64,000 nucleotides of DNA, from the NCBI GenBank assembly GCA_965217585.1, contig OZ244561.1, positions 5,984,001 to 6,048,000 of the forward strand, in the 5' to 3' direction. Origin of the DNA: Candidatus Latescibacterota bacterium. GTDB lineage: Bacteria; Latescibacterota; UBA2968; UBA8231. Both the position numbers and the translations under genes were made by a program. This document shows positions 9,133 through 18,923 of the stretch, piece after piece. The notes beneath the pieces were generated by a model that made no database searches, had not been told where the DNA came from, and saw only the letters and a list, made by a program, of their open reading frames with translations. Numbering within the stretch: position 1 is the first letter of the stretch; every line of letters starts with the position of its first letter.

Positions 9133-11097
9133 ATGTCCGAGATCTCCTCGCAGTCAGAAAGCACAGCCGCAGCAGGTAAACTCTCTCCCGTCATCACCTT
9201 GCGCGCGCTGGTCTTGGGCGCGTTGACCATTGCCGTCACCTTCTACTGCATCCTCCACATTGTAGAGCGTCTCGGCTTGGGGAGCTACGTGCGCTCGCAA
9301 TTCCCCATGGCCGCTTTTGTCCCCTTTGTCCTCTGGCTTTTTCTCAACACCTTTCTCAAACGCCTATGGCCGCGCTTGGCCCTGAGCCGCGGCGAGCTGC
9401 TCACCATCTTCGCTATGCTCTGGGTAGTCGGCACCCTCCCTCAGTACGGGTGGATGAACACCTGGACTGCCATTATGGCCACCCCTCGCTACCACGCCAC
9501 CCCCGAAAACCGCTGGGCCGAGACCCTCTTTGAGTATCTGCCTTGGCACGTCTTCGCCGCCACCGAGTCGCGCGTAACCGAGACGTTCTGGTTCGGTCTG
9601 CCCGAGGGCATGGCCCTGCCTTGGGACGGCTGGGCAAGTGCCATTTTTCAGTGGTTGAGCGTTTCCTTTGCCATGGTCGTTTTCGGCTTTTGTCTCATGG
9701 CTCTCTTCCAGCGCCAGTGGGCCGATTCCGAAAAGCTCACCTTTCCCCTGGCGCAGATGCCCCTCGATTTGACCCAGGGCATGGACGGCGTGCGCCGCAT
9801 GCCAGATCTCTTTCGCTCGCCTCTGTTCTGGATTGGCTTTGGCGTGGTCTTCCTGCCCATTCTCTACAATATCGGTACCTACTTTGTATTCGGCCTGCCG
9901 CCATTTGAACTCTTTGGCGAGTTCTACTTCATAGAGTTCGGCTACTATGCCCGTCTGGCCTTTCGCCTGATGCCCTTGGTCCTAGCCGTGGCCTACCTGT
10001 GCCCGGTGGATATCCTCGGCAGTCTGTGGGTGTTCAACCTGCTTCACGTGCTCAAATTGTGGGTCGGCAACCGCATGGGCTTTTCAATCGGTGCTCAGGG
10101 GCAGGCCATGGTGACCTGGCATCTCATCTCTATGGAGGCCTACGGCGCCATGATCTTCGTGGCCTGCTGGTCCATCTGGCTGGCGCGGAGGCACCTGCGC
10201 CAGGTCTTGTACCTGGTGCGCAGCGGTCGGGGCGATCCCCGCGAGGTTGTCCACTATCGCATCATCCTCATCGGCTTGGTGCTCTCGGCCGCGTACGTCG
10301 TTGGCTGGGCGGTCTCGCTGGGGATGAACCTATTCGTGGCCCTGGGCTCTTTTACATTGATGAGTCTGGCCTATCTGGCCATCACCAAGCTCGTCGCTGC
10401 CACCGGCTTTGCCTATCTCTTTCCCAGATTTACCAAAGGGGAGCCTGTCATCGTCGACTTGGTCGGCTCGGTCTACCTCGCGCCGCGCACCCTGGTCGCC
10501 TTTAAAGTCTTCAGCAGTAGCGCCTTCTTCGGCAACACCCTCATTCCGGCGTGGCCTGCGCTGCCCCACATCCTGCGCATTTTCTCCCTGCGTCGCCAGC
10601 CGCGCTGGGTGGCGGCCGTGGTATTCGTCGCCTTTCCCGTGGGCTTTTTGGTGACCGCTGGGGCTACTATTGAGCTTTCCTATGACGAAGGCGGTGCCGT
10701 ACGCCTCGGCGGACAAGGCAGCGGCCTGTTCGACCGCATGGTCCACCTGCTGGAGAATCCCCGCATTCCGGACATGGGCAAGGGATCGATCATGCTCTTG
10801 GGCTGGGTGGAGGGCGCAGCCATTGCCTTCATGCGCAGCCGTTTCCACTGGTTCCCCTTCCATCCCATTGGCCTAGCTTTTCAGAACGGTTTGGGAACCC
10901 GGGCTTACTGGTTCAGTCTCTTTGTGGTCTGGGCCATCAAGCTCACGCTACTGCGCTACGGCGGGGTCAAGGCCTTTCGCGCTGGCAAGCCCTTTTTCTA
11001 CGGTTTGGGAATCGGCTACGTGGTTGGGGTAGTGCTCTCGGGAGGGGTGGATCTGATATGGTTTCCAGTAGAAGGCCACGAAGTGCACAGGTGGTGA
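9133..11097 (+). CDS. Polytopic membrane protein, DUF6785/DUF6784-like putative transporter, paralog 3
   Basis: 654-aa ORF collinear with paralogs 1 and 2. Confidence 0.8.
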   Translation: MSEISSQSESTAAAGKLSPVITLRALVLGALTIAVTFYCILHIVERLGLGSYVRSQFPMAAFVPFVLWLFLNTFLKRLWPRLALSRGELLTIFAMLWVVGTLPQYGWMNTWTAIMATPRYHATPENRWAETLFEYLPWHVFAATESRVTETFWFGLPEGMALPWDGWASAIFQWLSVSFAMVVFGFCLMALFQRQWADSEKLTFPLAQMPLDLTQGMDGVRRMPDLFRSPLFWIGFGVVFLPILYNIGTYFVFGLPPFELFGEFYFIEFGYYARLAFRLMPLVLAVAYLCPVDILGSLWVFNLLHVLKLWVGNRMGFSIGAQGQAMVTWHLISMEAYGAMIFVACWSIWLARRHLRQVLYLVRSGRGDPREVVHYRIILIGLVLSAAYVVGWAVSLGMNLFVALGSFTLMSLAYLAITKLVAATGFAYLFPRFTKGEPVIVDLVGSVYLAPRTLVAFKVFSSSAFFGNTLIPAWPALPHILRIFSLRRQPRWVAAVVFVAFPVGFLVTAGATIELSYDEGGAVRLGGQGSGLFDRMVHLLENPRIPDMGKGSIMLLGWVEGAAIAFMRSRFHWFPFHPIGLAFQNGLGTRAYWFSLFVVWAIKLTLLRYGGVKAFRAGKPFFYGLGIGYVVGVVLSGGVDLIWFPVEGHEVHRW

Positions 11098-11129
11098 GAA
11101 GCCGTCCTGAGATGCGGAGTTTGGGCGCA

Positions 11130-11531
11130 CTAGCTCAGCATTGCGAGCAGATCATCAGCCGCAAATCTGCGGCCGTTTATGACGATATCCGTCTCTCCAT
11201 TCCTGTAGCTCGAGCGGATATTGATGGATTTGTTGAGTTCTCTACCGCTGAAGGTGAGGTCGAAATCGGCCTTTTCTTGGTTGACTCCCTCAAAAGAACC
11301 GTTCATTCTGATGGTAGAACCAAATTTTTCAGCTTGGTAGAATGAGCCGAATCGGTCGGAATAGTAATTTTCAAAGATCAATTTATCTTCGGTGAGCAGC
11401 ACACCTGTTCCCTCAGTGACAACCTCTTTTTTTTCTGTATCTCCCATGCAAATGGTCACTACCAGTGTTTTAGAAAGAAAATCGAGACAATGCTTTATTT
11501 CTTCTTTTGTCGGTTCGTATAGATCGGCCAT
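11130..11531 (-). CDS. Hypothetical protein
   Basis: 133-aa ORF with AGGAG SD, directly downstream of the propeller gene. Visibly AT-richer than its flanks. No motif recognised. Confidence 0.7.
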   Translation of the reverse strand: MADLYEPTKEEIKHCLDFLSKTLVVTICMGDTEKKEVVTEGTGVLLTEDKLIFENYYSDRFGSFYQAEKFGSTIRMNGSFEGVNQEKADFDLTFSGRELNKSINIRSSYRNGETDIVINGRRFAADDLLAMLS

Positions 11532-11551
11532 AAGGATGAATCTCCTGCTGA

Positions 11552-13072
11552 TTAATAGAATGTGAAGTTACATCCCAAGCCTTCGGGTTTTACTTTATTT
11601 TCTGCCGACAGGTCGGGGTTGGTGTAGATATAGATCCACTGTTGCCTGAGTTCTCTGTCTCGCTTCCACTGATCTTGGTTTTCAGATCGCTCCTCTCTGG
11701 AGTAAACCGAGAGCACGATGTCTTGCGTTCCAGAGCCGGTACAATCTCCGACGCCCACCACCCAAGGCACTCTGTCTGCTGGAATTTCTAAATCGGCGAC
11801 GATATTGCCGCAGCCATCCAAAATCAGATGATCGTGGCCAAAGGCAATTTTGTCTTGCCCGTCATTGTCCCAGTCAACTGCTTGGTGATTTCTGGCGTAG
11901 TTAGTGATGTAATGCCCCAGTAAGTCGCCGTTTTCGTGGAATATGGCCAGTGGTTTTTCCAGACAGAAGGGTCTGATATGATCGTAGTCCACGACTAGTT
12001 GTTTGCCCTCCAGATCGTCCCTGAGATTGGCGGCACGCACCATCTCGCAATGGTAGCTCAACATCCGCTTCCAGAGGATATTCCCAAGACCGTCGGCATA
12101 GACTACCCCGTTGCCCGTACAGAGGGTGGCAGCTACCCGTATATTCGCCGGATCGGGATCCAAGTGTACGACTTCAAAATGATCGGGATGGCCGGTCTGC
12201 GTGAAGAAATAGAGGGCGTCTTCGTCGTATCGGTAGCGTCCTTGGGCGTAGGGTCTATTTATGTATTTCTCTGCGCCGAAGGGATCTTGCTGGTTGAAGG
12301 TTCTGACCAGAGCGGTTGCAAAGGGATTGCGGATTGCATTGGAATAGGGATCGATCCGCCAGATCGGTTTTCCTTGGTAGTTTATGCAGACGATGGCGTC
12401 TGTATGGTTGTAGCCCGCCTCCCCGTCCGCACCGCCAGCGGCGATCTCTTCGCGGCCGTCGCCGTCTATGTCCACCGGCGTGGTGGTGTGGCCCGCCCCG
12501 CCTTTCCAGTGCCAGAGCTTTTCTCCCTCTGCTGTGCAGGCGTAGACTTGGGTGTAGGCATCTTTGATGGCGATATCGGACCTGTAGCCTTTGCCTTGGA
12601 TATCGGCAAAGATCATCCGGTCGTTGGACAGTTCGTCGGGTAGTGAAAAGGAATAGCGCTCCGCGCCAGTCTTTCCCTCCAGCACATACATTTTGCCCTT
12701 AACGCCGACTAGGACCTCCAGATTGCCGTCGTTGTCAATGTCGTGGGCGCGGAAGGTTTTATCCACTCCTTCACAGCGGCCAGCGCTGGGGTCGCCCCAG
12801 GTCCACAGGACTGAGCTGTCCAGTTTCTGCACGCAGCAGGAAGAGATGTAAGTGCCTCCTGTAGAGGTTCCGGTGGGACGTCCCTTGGCCGACAAAACCT
12901 CCACTTCGCCGTCGCCGTCCACATCGGCTATATTGAACCAGTCGCCGCCGTACTCTCGGTTGATCGCGACGGTCTTCCACGGTTTTATTGCAACCGGTGG
13001 CTCTTGCTCTCTGTGGCCCTTGCGGATATCGGCCAAAAAGGGCGTGATGGCGCTTTTGTTGCTGTGTATCAT
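11552..13072 (-). CDS. FG-GAP/VCBS-type repeat beta-propeller protein (reminiscent of PL11 rhamnogalacturonan lyase)
   Basis: Ca-binding DxDxDG motifs: DVDGDGEVEV, DIDNDGNLEV, GHTTTPVDIDGDGREEI, DWDNDGQDKI, GDCTGSGTQDI. GGAGG SD before MIHSNK. Confidence 0.7.
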   Translation of the reverse strand: MIHSNKSAITPFLADIRKGHREQEPPVAIKPWKTVAINREYGGDWFNIADVDGDGEVEVLSAKGRPTGTSTGGTYISSCCVQKLDSSVLWTWGDPSAGRCEGVDKTFRAHDIDNDGNLEVLVGVKGKMYVLEGKTGAERYSFSLPDELSNDRMIFADIQGKGYRSDIAIKDAYTQVYACTAEGEKLWHWKGGAGHTTTPVDIDGDGREEIAAGGADGEAGYNHTDAIVCINYQGKPIWRIDPYSNAIRNPFATALVRTFNQQDPFGAEKYINRPYAQGRYRYDEDALYFFTQTGHPDHFEVVHLDPDPANIRVAATLCTGNGVVYADGLGNILWKRMLSYHCEMVRAANLRDDLEGKQLVVDYDHIRPFCLEKPLAIFHENGDLLGHYITNYARNHQAVDWDNDGQDKIAFGHDHLILDGCGNIVADLEIPADRVPWVVGVGDCTGSGTQDIVLSVYSREERSENQDQWKRDRELRQQWIYIYTNPDLSAENKVKPEGLGCNFTFY

Positions 13073-13251
13073 AGCTTCTTCCTCCATCTCCAACAGAGCG
13101 ATTCTCTCCCAGAAGCTGTCTGAAAATTTTCTGGCAGGTACTGCGATGGGGAAGTATAGGGAGTAAAAAAGAGGCGATCAAGGTCGTTGTGCGACTGCCG
13201 TGCTGCATTGTTTTCTCGTCTTCAGCCGCCAAAATTTGAACAGCACATTCC

Positions 13252-15255
13252 ATGTCTGGAAAGCAGAACAAAGCAGCACAGATCCACTCCCGTCCTGCTG
13301 GCAGCTCCAGCTTCAGGGAAGAGCTCGGCGCGGCTCCGCCTCTCATCACCCTGCGCGCCGTGGTCCTAGGCGTCCTGACCATCGGTGCCACCTTTACCTA
13401 CATCATCCAGATCGGACAGCGGCTGCGCATCGCCAGCTTTGTGCACTCCCAGTTTCCCATGGCCGCGTTCACGCCGTTCGTGCTCTGGCTCTTCCTCAAC
13501 CTCGTTCTCAAGTGGCTGTGGCCGCGTCTGGCCCTGCGCCGCGGCGAGCTACTCACCATCTGGGCCATGACCTGGGTGGTGGGCACCATTCCGCAATTGG
13601 GGTGGATGACCTACTGGACCACCTTCATGGCGGCACCGAACTACTTCACCATGCCCGAAAATCCGTGGTTCCAGACTATTTCCGACTACCTGCCTTGGCA
13701 CGTTTTGCCCGACCCTTCACCCCGAGTGATCAACGCCTTTTGGTACGGCCTTCCCGAAGGGGCGTCCTTGCCCTGGGACGGCTGGCTGGGAGCAATGGGC
13801 CAGTGGCTGGGGGTATCAATCGCCATGGTAGTATTCGGGTTTTGCCTGTTCGCGCTCTTTCAACGGCAGTGGGCGGAGGTGGAGAAGCTCACTTTTCCCT
13901 TGGCCCAGATGCCCCTGGACCTCACCCGTGGTTTCGACGAGCGGTGCATCCCCGATATTTTCCGCTCGCGCCTCTTCTGGATCGGCTTTGGTGCCGTCTT
14001 CCTGCCCATGCTCTACAATATGGGCACCTATTTTGTCCCCGACCTGCCCCAGGTAGAGCTCTACTGGAAACACTACAACCTCCCGATAGATCCGCACATT
14101 ACCCGGGGGATATGGTTCCGGGTGATGCCACTGGTCCTGGCCGTGACCTATCTGTGTCCGCTGGACATCTCGGGCAGTCTGTTGGTGTTTTACCTTTTGA
14201 GCCTGCCCAAGCAGTGGTTTATTAACCGTCTGGGGTTCAGCGTGGGTGCCGAGGGCCAGCAGATCGGGCACGAGTACATCCTCCACATGGAAAGCTATGG
14301 CGCCTTGGTCTTTGTGGGGCTGTGGTCCATCTGGCTGGCGCGCCGCCATCTGCGGGAAGTGTGGTTCAAGGTGCGCACCGGCGAGGGGGATCGCCGCGAG
14401 GTCGTCCACTATCGCCTGGTCGTGGCCGGATTGGTGCTCTCGGCGGTCTACGTGGTTGCCTGGCTCACCCATTTGGGCATGGGGCTGCCGCTGGCAATAG
14501 GTGCCTTCCTGCTGACGACCATGGTGTATTTCATCACCGCCAAGCTCATCGCCGCCACTGGTTTTGCCTACCTCTTCCCCAACTGGTCGCACCTCAAAGG
14601 CGGCGGCTTCTTCGTCGATCTGATAGGCACCATCCACTTATCGCCGCGCAGCTTGGTCGCCCTCCAAGTCTTTACCCAAGATACCTTCTTCGGCACCTTC
14701 CGCATCCCAGCTTGGCCGTCGCTCGCCCACATTCTGCGGATCTTCTCCCACCAGCCGCGCTGGGTGGTGGTCGCGGTCTTTACCGCCTTTCCGGTGGGCT
14801 TCTTGGTGGCTTCGGGCAATACCATTGCCTTGGCTTACGACGAGGGAGCAAGCGCGATCCTGGGCGGTGGCGGCTTTCGGAGCTTTGTCCGTACCACGAC
14901 CAACCTGCTGGGAAATCCCACTGTACCGGACCTGGAAAAGTGGGGACTCTGGCTCGTGGGATTCCTAGAGGCCACCGTCATTGCCTTCCTGCGGGCTCGC
15001 TTTCACTGGTTCTCGCTCCACCCCATGGGGCTGGCCTTCCAGAACACTTTTGGCACCTGGCTCTACTGGTTCAGTCTCTTTCTGGTGTGGATCGCCAAAT
15101 TCATCCTGCTGCGCTACGGCGGCATAAGGGCCTATCGGGCCGGCAAGCCTTTCTTCTACGGCCTTGCCCTCGGCTATGCGGTCGGCGTGGTGCTATCGAT
15201 GGGGGTGGATCTGATTTGGTTCCCGACTCAAGGACACCGCGTACACGGGTGGTAG
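13252..15255 (+). CDS. Polytopic membrane protein, DUF6785/DUF6784-like putative transporter, paralog 4
   Basis: 667-aa ORF collinear with paralogs 1-3. Confidence 0.8.
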   Translation: MSGKQNKAAQIHSRPAGSSSFREELGAAPPLITLRAVVLGVLTIGATFTYIIQIGQRLRIASFVHSQFPMAAFTPFVLWLFLNLVLKWLWPRLALRRGELLTIWAMTWVVGTIPQLGWMTYWTTFMAAPNYFTMPENPWFQTISDYLPWHVLPDPSPRVINAFWYGLPEGASLPWDGWLGAMGQWLGVSIAMVVFGFCLFALFQRQWAEVEKLTFPLAQMPLDLTRGFDERCIPDIFRSRLFWIGFGAVFLPMLYNMGTYFVPDLPQVELYWKHYNLPIDPHITRGIWFRVMPLVLAVTYLCPLDISGSLLVFYLLSLPKQWFINRLGFSVGAEGQQIGHEYILHMESYGALVFVGLWSIWLARRHLREVWFKVRTGEGDRREVVHYRLVVAGLVLSAVYVVAWLTHLGMGLPLAIGAFLLTTMVYFITAKLIAATGFAYLFPNWSHLKGGGFFVDLIGTIHLSPRSLVALQVFTQDTFFGTFRIPAWPSLAHILRIFSHQPRWVVVAVFTAFPVGFLVASGNTIALAYDEGASAILGGGGFRSFVRTTTNLLGNPTVPDLEKWGLWLVGFLEATVIAFLRARFHWFSLHPMGLAFQNTFGTWLYWFSLFLVWIAKFILLRYGGIRAYRAGKPFFYGLALGYAVGVVLSMGVDLIWFPTQGHRVHGW

Positions 15256-15346
15256 GACGGTTGGTTGCGCCCGTCGGCGCTACGTGCCCGGCCACTAGGA
15301 ATTTTCAGGCGGATTTTCAGGCGTCATTCCAGCGCGGGCTTTTTTT

Positions 15347-16216
15347 TTATCTGGCACTCAACCAGGTAGGCGAATCGTCGATTGCCGGACTGTGCGTCAT
15401 CCTGACCAGATTGGTGCCGTCGGCGTCCATGACGTAGATCTCCGCGTTGCCGTCGCGCTTGGACATAAAAGCAATCCTGCTCCCGTCCGGCGACCACGCA
15501 GGGGCGCCATCCATGGCCGGGTGGTGGGTCAAATTGATTGGATTGGCCCCGTCGGCGTCCATGACGTAGATCTCCGCATTGTCGTCGCGCTTGGATACAA
15601 AAGCAATCTTGCCTCCATCCGGCGACCACGCGGCGTGCGAATCAAATTTCGGGTGGTGGGTCAAATTGGTTGGATTGGCTCCGTCGGCGTCCATGACGTA
15701 GATCTCGGCATTGTCGTCGCGCTTGGACATAAAAGCAATTTTCTCGCCGTCCGGCGACCACGCGGGAGCCACATCGTATCCTTCGTGGTGGGTCAAGTTG
15801 ACCGGATTGGTGCCGTCCGCATCCATCGCGTAGATCTCGTAATTGGCACCGCGATCTGAACCAAAGGCGATTTTCTTGCCGTCCGGCGACCAAGCAGGGT
15901 GCTCTTCGTGCGAACCATGGCGGGTCAGGTTGAGCGGATTCTTTCCGTCCGCATCCATTACAAAGATGTCGAACCAGACCCCGCGGGCGGCTGCAAAGGC
16001 GATCTTCTCGCCATCGGGAGAACAGTCCGGCAATATATCAATCGCCAGGTTGTTGGTCAGATTGACCGGCTTGCCGCCCGCGAGATCTAGCGTGTAAATC
16101 TCAAAATTTTGCTCGCGCTTGGACATGAAGACGAGGGCGCTGGACTTGCTTCCACTCTCACATCCAGCGCCAACCATTACAGCTAGAGTGCTAAACAAAA
16201 AAACGATCCTGCGCAT
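15347..16216 (-). CDS. TolB-like PD40 beta-propeller lipoprotein
   Basis: Lipobox (VGAG-C) followed by about six 44-aa repeats of WSPDGxxIAFxSxRDxNxEIYVMDADG. Confidence 0.92.
   Translation of the reverse strand: MRRIVFLFSTLAVMVGAGCESGSKSSALVFMSKREQNFEIYTLDLAGGKPVNLTNNLAIDILPDCSPDGEKIAFAAARGVWFDIFVMDADGKNPLNLTRHGSHEEHPAWSPDGKKIAFGSDRGANYEIYAMDADGTNPVNLTHHEGYDVAPAWSPDGEKIAFMSKRDDNAEIYVMDADGANPTNLTHHPKFDSHAAWSPDGGKIAFVSKRDDNAEIYVMDADGANPINLTHHPAMDGAPAWSPDGSRIAFMSKRDGNAEIYVMDADGTNLVRMTHSPAIDDSPTWLSAR
15410..15940 (-). repeat. Intragenic 132-bp tandem repeats (PD40 blades)
   Basis: cggcgtccatgacgtagatctc recurs at 15421, 15553 and 15685 (exact 132-bp period); a more diverged copy follows. Confidence 0.9.
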
Positions 16217-16405
16217 TTGGAATCCTCCCCAGCCCAGCAGGCCGGCACCTTATTTACCGCTTTGCGGATTAATTGCAAATGATAGAGGTTGGCGATTGAC
16301 AAGGCAATGCCTTTTCGGTCTATTGGGGAGGCTCTCAAACCGGGTGTTTCCAGACTGGTAAATTGACCGGCGAACTTTTGGTCAGCGATCAGGTAAGGAG
16401 GCAAA

Positions 16406-17164
16406 ATGGAACAGGATCCCATCTTCTATCCATACGAATTCGGTGTCCCGGAAAGGGAAATCCTCAATCGCGACGGACACTTCGTGCTTCCCGGTATTAT
16501 CACCTCTTCTACCTGCGAGCGCCTTACCGAATCGCTCACCCTCGTCCAGCCCATGCGGGAGTCCCGCGATGAGCGAGTCAGGTTCTTCAGCTTTTACGCC
16601 GCCGAATACGACGCCTACTTGGCCAGTCTGATCGCCCATCCGCAAATGCTCGACTTGGCCCGCCGGGTCCTCGGTCCCGAAATACGCTTTGACCATTGCG
16701 TACCCATTGTCCGGCCGCCCAGTCATGGGGGTTTTGGCTGGCACAGTCACGAGTACGCCGATGATCGTCCGGAGTTGGGCCTGATGCGGATTTTCTTTTA
16801 CGTCAATGGCTTTTCTGTCGAAGACGCGGGGCTGAAGGTAGTACCGGGCAGTCATCACTACCGAGATTCAGCTATTGAGGGCCGTACGGACGAGGATCTG
16901 GGCGTTGGCTGGCTCGCCGGCAAGGAGCATCCGCTTACCGGCGAGGCGCTGGAGGTCCAGGCCCTTGAGGCACCTGCGGGAACGGTCATTCTGATGTGGA
17001 CGCATGCAGCCCATGCCGTCAGTGCCCGCAATCCCGACAGTCCGACGCGCTGGGCCGTGGTCTACGGCTATCGCAATCCCGGCGCTGAGTCTTCGGCGCG
17101 CTGTGTTACCACGTGGTTCGAGCAGCAACACACCGAGGCCGCTGGTCTCATGAGCCTCTACTAA
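16406..17164 (+). CDS. PhyH-family oxygenase (non-canonical HxH motif)
   Basis: RDGHFVLPG, WHSHE in place of HxD, IFFYVNG, LKVVPGSH, THAAHAV..R. Confidence 0.85.
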   Translation: MEQDPIFYPYEFGVPEREILNRDGHFVLPGIITSSTCERLTESLTLVQPMRESRDERVRFFSFYAAEYDAYLASLIAHPQMLDLARRVLGPEIRFDHCVPIVRPPSHGGFGWHSHEYADDRPELGLMRIFFYVNGFSVEDAGLKVVPGSHHYRDSAIEGRTDEDLGVGWLAGKEHPLTGEALEVQALEAPAGTVILMWTHAAHAVSARNPDSPTRWAVVYGYRNPGAESSARCVTTWFEQQHTEAAGLMSLY

Positions 17165-17177
17165 AGGGGAGACTTCA

Positions 17178-17999
17178 ATGACACCTGAACAGCGCTACCT
17201 ATTCGATGTAACCGGCTACCTCCAGCTCAAAGGCGTCCTCAGCGGCAGTGAATTGCAAAAAGCCCAAGAAGCAGTCGACGAGTGCGTCCAAACCCCGCCC
17301 GATAAGCTGCCGGCCGGCATGTCCAGTTCCTATCCAGGCACAGCGAAGGGCGTGGGGGGCATATCCAACGGCTTCTCCTTCAACAAGACCCTAGAAGCCT
17401 TGACCATGCATCCGCTCACTTGGCCGTTTATCAAGGAATTGACCGGTGACAGACCGCGCTTTGACCGGGGCACCTTGGCGGTCCATACGCCCGCAACCAC
17501 CCACAATACCGGACTGCACTGCGCCCGCGAAGACTTTGGCTGGCCGAGCACGCGCTACGAATGCAGAGATGGACGCATCTACTGCGATACCTTTGTGGTC
17601 TTCTTCTACTTCACCGATGTCTTTCCCGGCGACGGTGGCCTAGTCGTCGTCCCAGGCTCGCACAACAGCCGGTTTCAGCGCCCTGATAGTCTGGTATTGC
17701 CCGATCCCCAAGATCCCGACCCGCAACTCCATCCGGCCATCACCAACATCACTCCACGCGCCGGCGATGCAGTCATCATCTCCGAACTCCTCACCCACGG
17801 TGCGCTGGCCTGGAAGCCGCAGGACCGAGAGCGCCGCTTCCTGATCCTGCGCTACAACCCGCAGTCTTTCTACTACCGGAACGGTGTCGCCGACGAGACC
17901 CTGCCTCGCCTGTCGCCGGAAACGCGGGAGTTGATCGAGTTTGCCCCCTTTACCCACGTCAAGGAGATCGTCAAAAAGGATGTGATCACCCTGAGTTGA
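17178..17999 (+). CDS. PhyH-family oxygenase, MTPEQ subgroup (HCARE motif)
   Basis: MTPEQRYLFDVTGY, LHCARE, YFTDV..GDGG..VVPGSH, ELLTHG. Confidence 0.9.
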   Translation: MTPEQRYLFDVTGYLQLKGVLSGSELQKAQEAVDECVQTPPDKLPAGMSSSYPGTAKGVGGISNGFSFNKTLEALTMHPLTWPFIKELTGDRPRFDRGTLAVHTPATTHNTGLHCAREDFGWPSTRYECRDGRIYCDTFVVFFYFTDVFPGDGGLVVVPGSHNSRFQRPDSLVLPDPQDPDPQLHPAITNITPRAGDAVIISELLTHGALAWKPQDRERRFLILRYNPQSFYYRNGVADETLPRLSPETRELIEFAPFTHVKEIVKKDVITLS

Positions 18000-18067
18000 T
18001 GCAGGGTTAATGCAGCGGGGGAGATCTTCAATACAAAGCGATAAAAGATGTCCGGCCATCGCCCGGG

Positions 18068-18823
18068 TTATCGACTTTGGGCAGCCTGGGTCCAACTTCT
18101 CAAAGTCGCCGCTTCCCGGAGAAAGAACTCGGTAGACTCATCCTTGACGAATTCGATCATCACAGCGTGATCCCGACCGCTAGACTCAATTTTTTTTAGA
18201 TAGCGTTGCCAGTCCGCTTGGCCGTCGGCCATGAGCCGGCGCTCGCCATCGACGCTGTAGTAGGCGTGCACGTTGCGCAGCCAGGGCAAGACCGCGTCGA
18301 GCGCTTGTAGCGCGCTGTCTGCGTCGCCGTAGACCTGCCAGTAGGTTCCCAAATTCTCGTGAGCGACTTCCAGTAGCGCCTTGGCCGAGGCGGGATCATC
18401 CGTTAGGGTGCCGCTGTGGTATTCGTAGGCGACGAATACCCCCTGCGCTGCAGCCAGTTCGGCGATGCGGCGCGAGTCCCAAGCGACGAGATCGCGGTAT
18501 TCAGCATCGGCGTCGGCCGAACCGCGCCGGCCAGCCCACACGCGCAGGGTCGGTGCCCCGAGTTCAACCGCCGCTTCGAGAACGGAATCAAAGGTTGCGG
18601 GATCGTCGTGGGCGACGCGGTAGTAGGAGCCGTAGGAGAGCACCTGCAACCCCGCGTCGAGCGTCATCCGGTGCACCTGACGAGCCTTGGCCAGATCGCC
18701 GTGTGGCACGTGGATATCCCCGCCCCATTCGATGCCGTCGAGCTGGCTCTGAACGACGAGATCGATGATCTGCGCTGGGGACAGTTTCCTGAAAGTGACC
18801 GAAGCAAGACCTGAAAAGAGCAC
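18068..18823 (-). CDS. Sugar phosphate isomerase/epimerase (xylose-isomerase-like TIM barrel)
   Basis: SVTFR, DGIEWGGDIHVP, YGSYY, RVWAG, YEYHSGTL, NVHAY, MIEFV. AGGAGG SD before a GTG start. Confidence 0.88.
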   Translation of the reverse strand: MLFSGLASVTFRKLSPAQIIDLVVQSQLDGIEWGGDIHVPHGDLAKARQVHRMTLDAGLQVLSYGSYYRVAHDDPATFDSVLEAAVELGAPTLRVWAGRRGSADADAEYRDLVAWDSRRIAELAAAQGVFVAYEYHSGTLTDDPASAKALLEVAHENLGTYWQVYGDADSALQALDAVLPWLRNVHAYYSVDGERRLMADGQADWQRYLKKIESSGRDHAVMIEFVKDESTEFFLREAATLRSWTQAAQSR

Positions 18824-18923
18824 GCGTTCTTCCTCCTCGCGTTAGCTTGTTCACATTCTCGGCGAGATTTATAGTTACAGTAGTTATTTAGTCTTTTGAC
18901 CTCAAGAGAGGGGTATCGTTGAG

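Noticed and set aside
13108-13132. gaagctgtctgaaaatt resembling an IS terminal repeat
   Set aside because: No convincing partner end or target duplication was found; attttcaggcg twice at 15301-15323 is too dissimilar.
5076-15255. Paralog arrays as diversity-generating retroelement targets
   Set aside because: No reverse transcriptase in the window and no adenine-specific template/variable repeat pair was seen.
13200-15437. Long alternative-frame ORFs (13200-14225, 14322-15437) and many antisense ORFs across the window
   Set aside because: They are shadows of GC-rich genes, Arg/Pro/Gly-rich and without motifs or SDs.
15410-15940. Regularly spaced repeats resembling a CRISPR array
   Set aside because: The 132-bp in-frame period encodes PD40 blades; there are no unique spacers and no cas genes.
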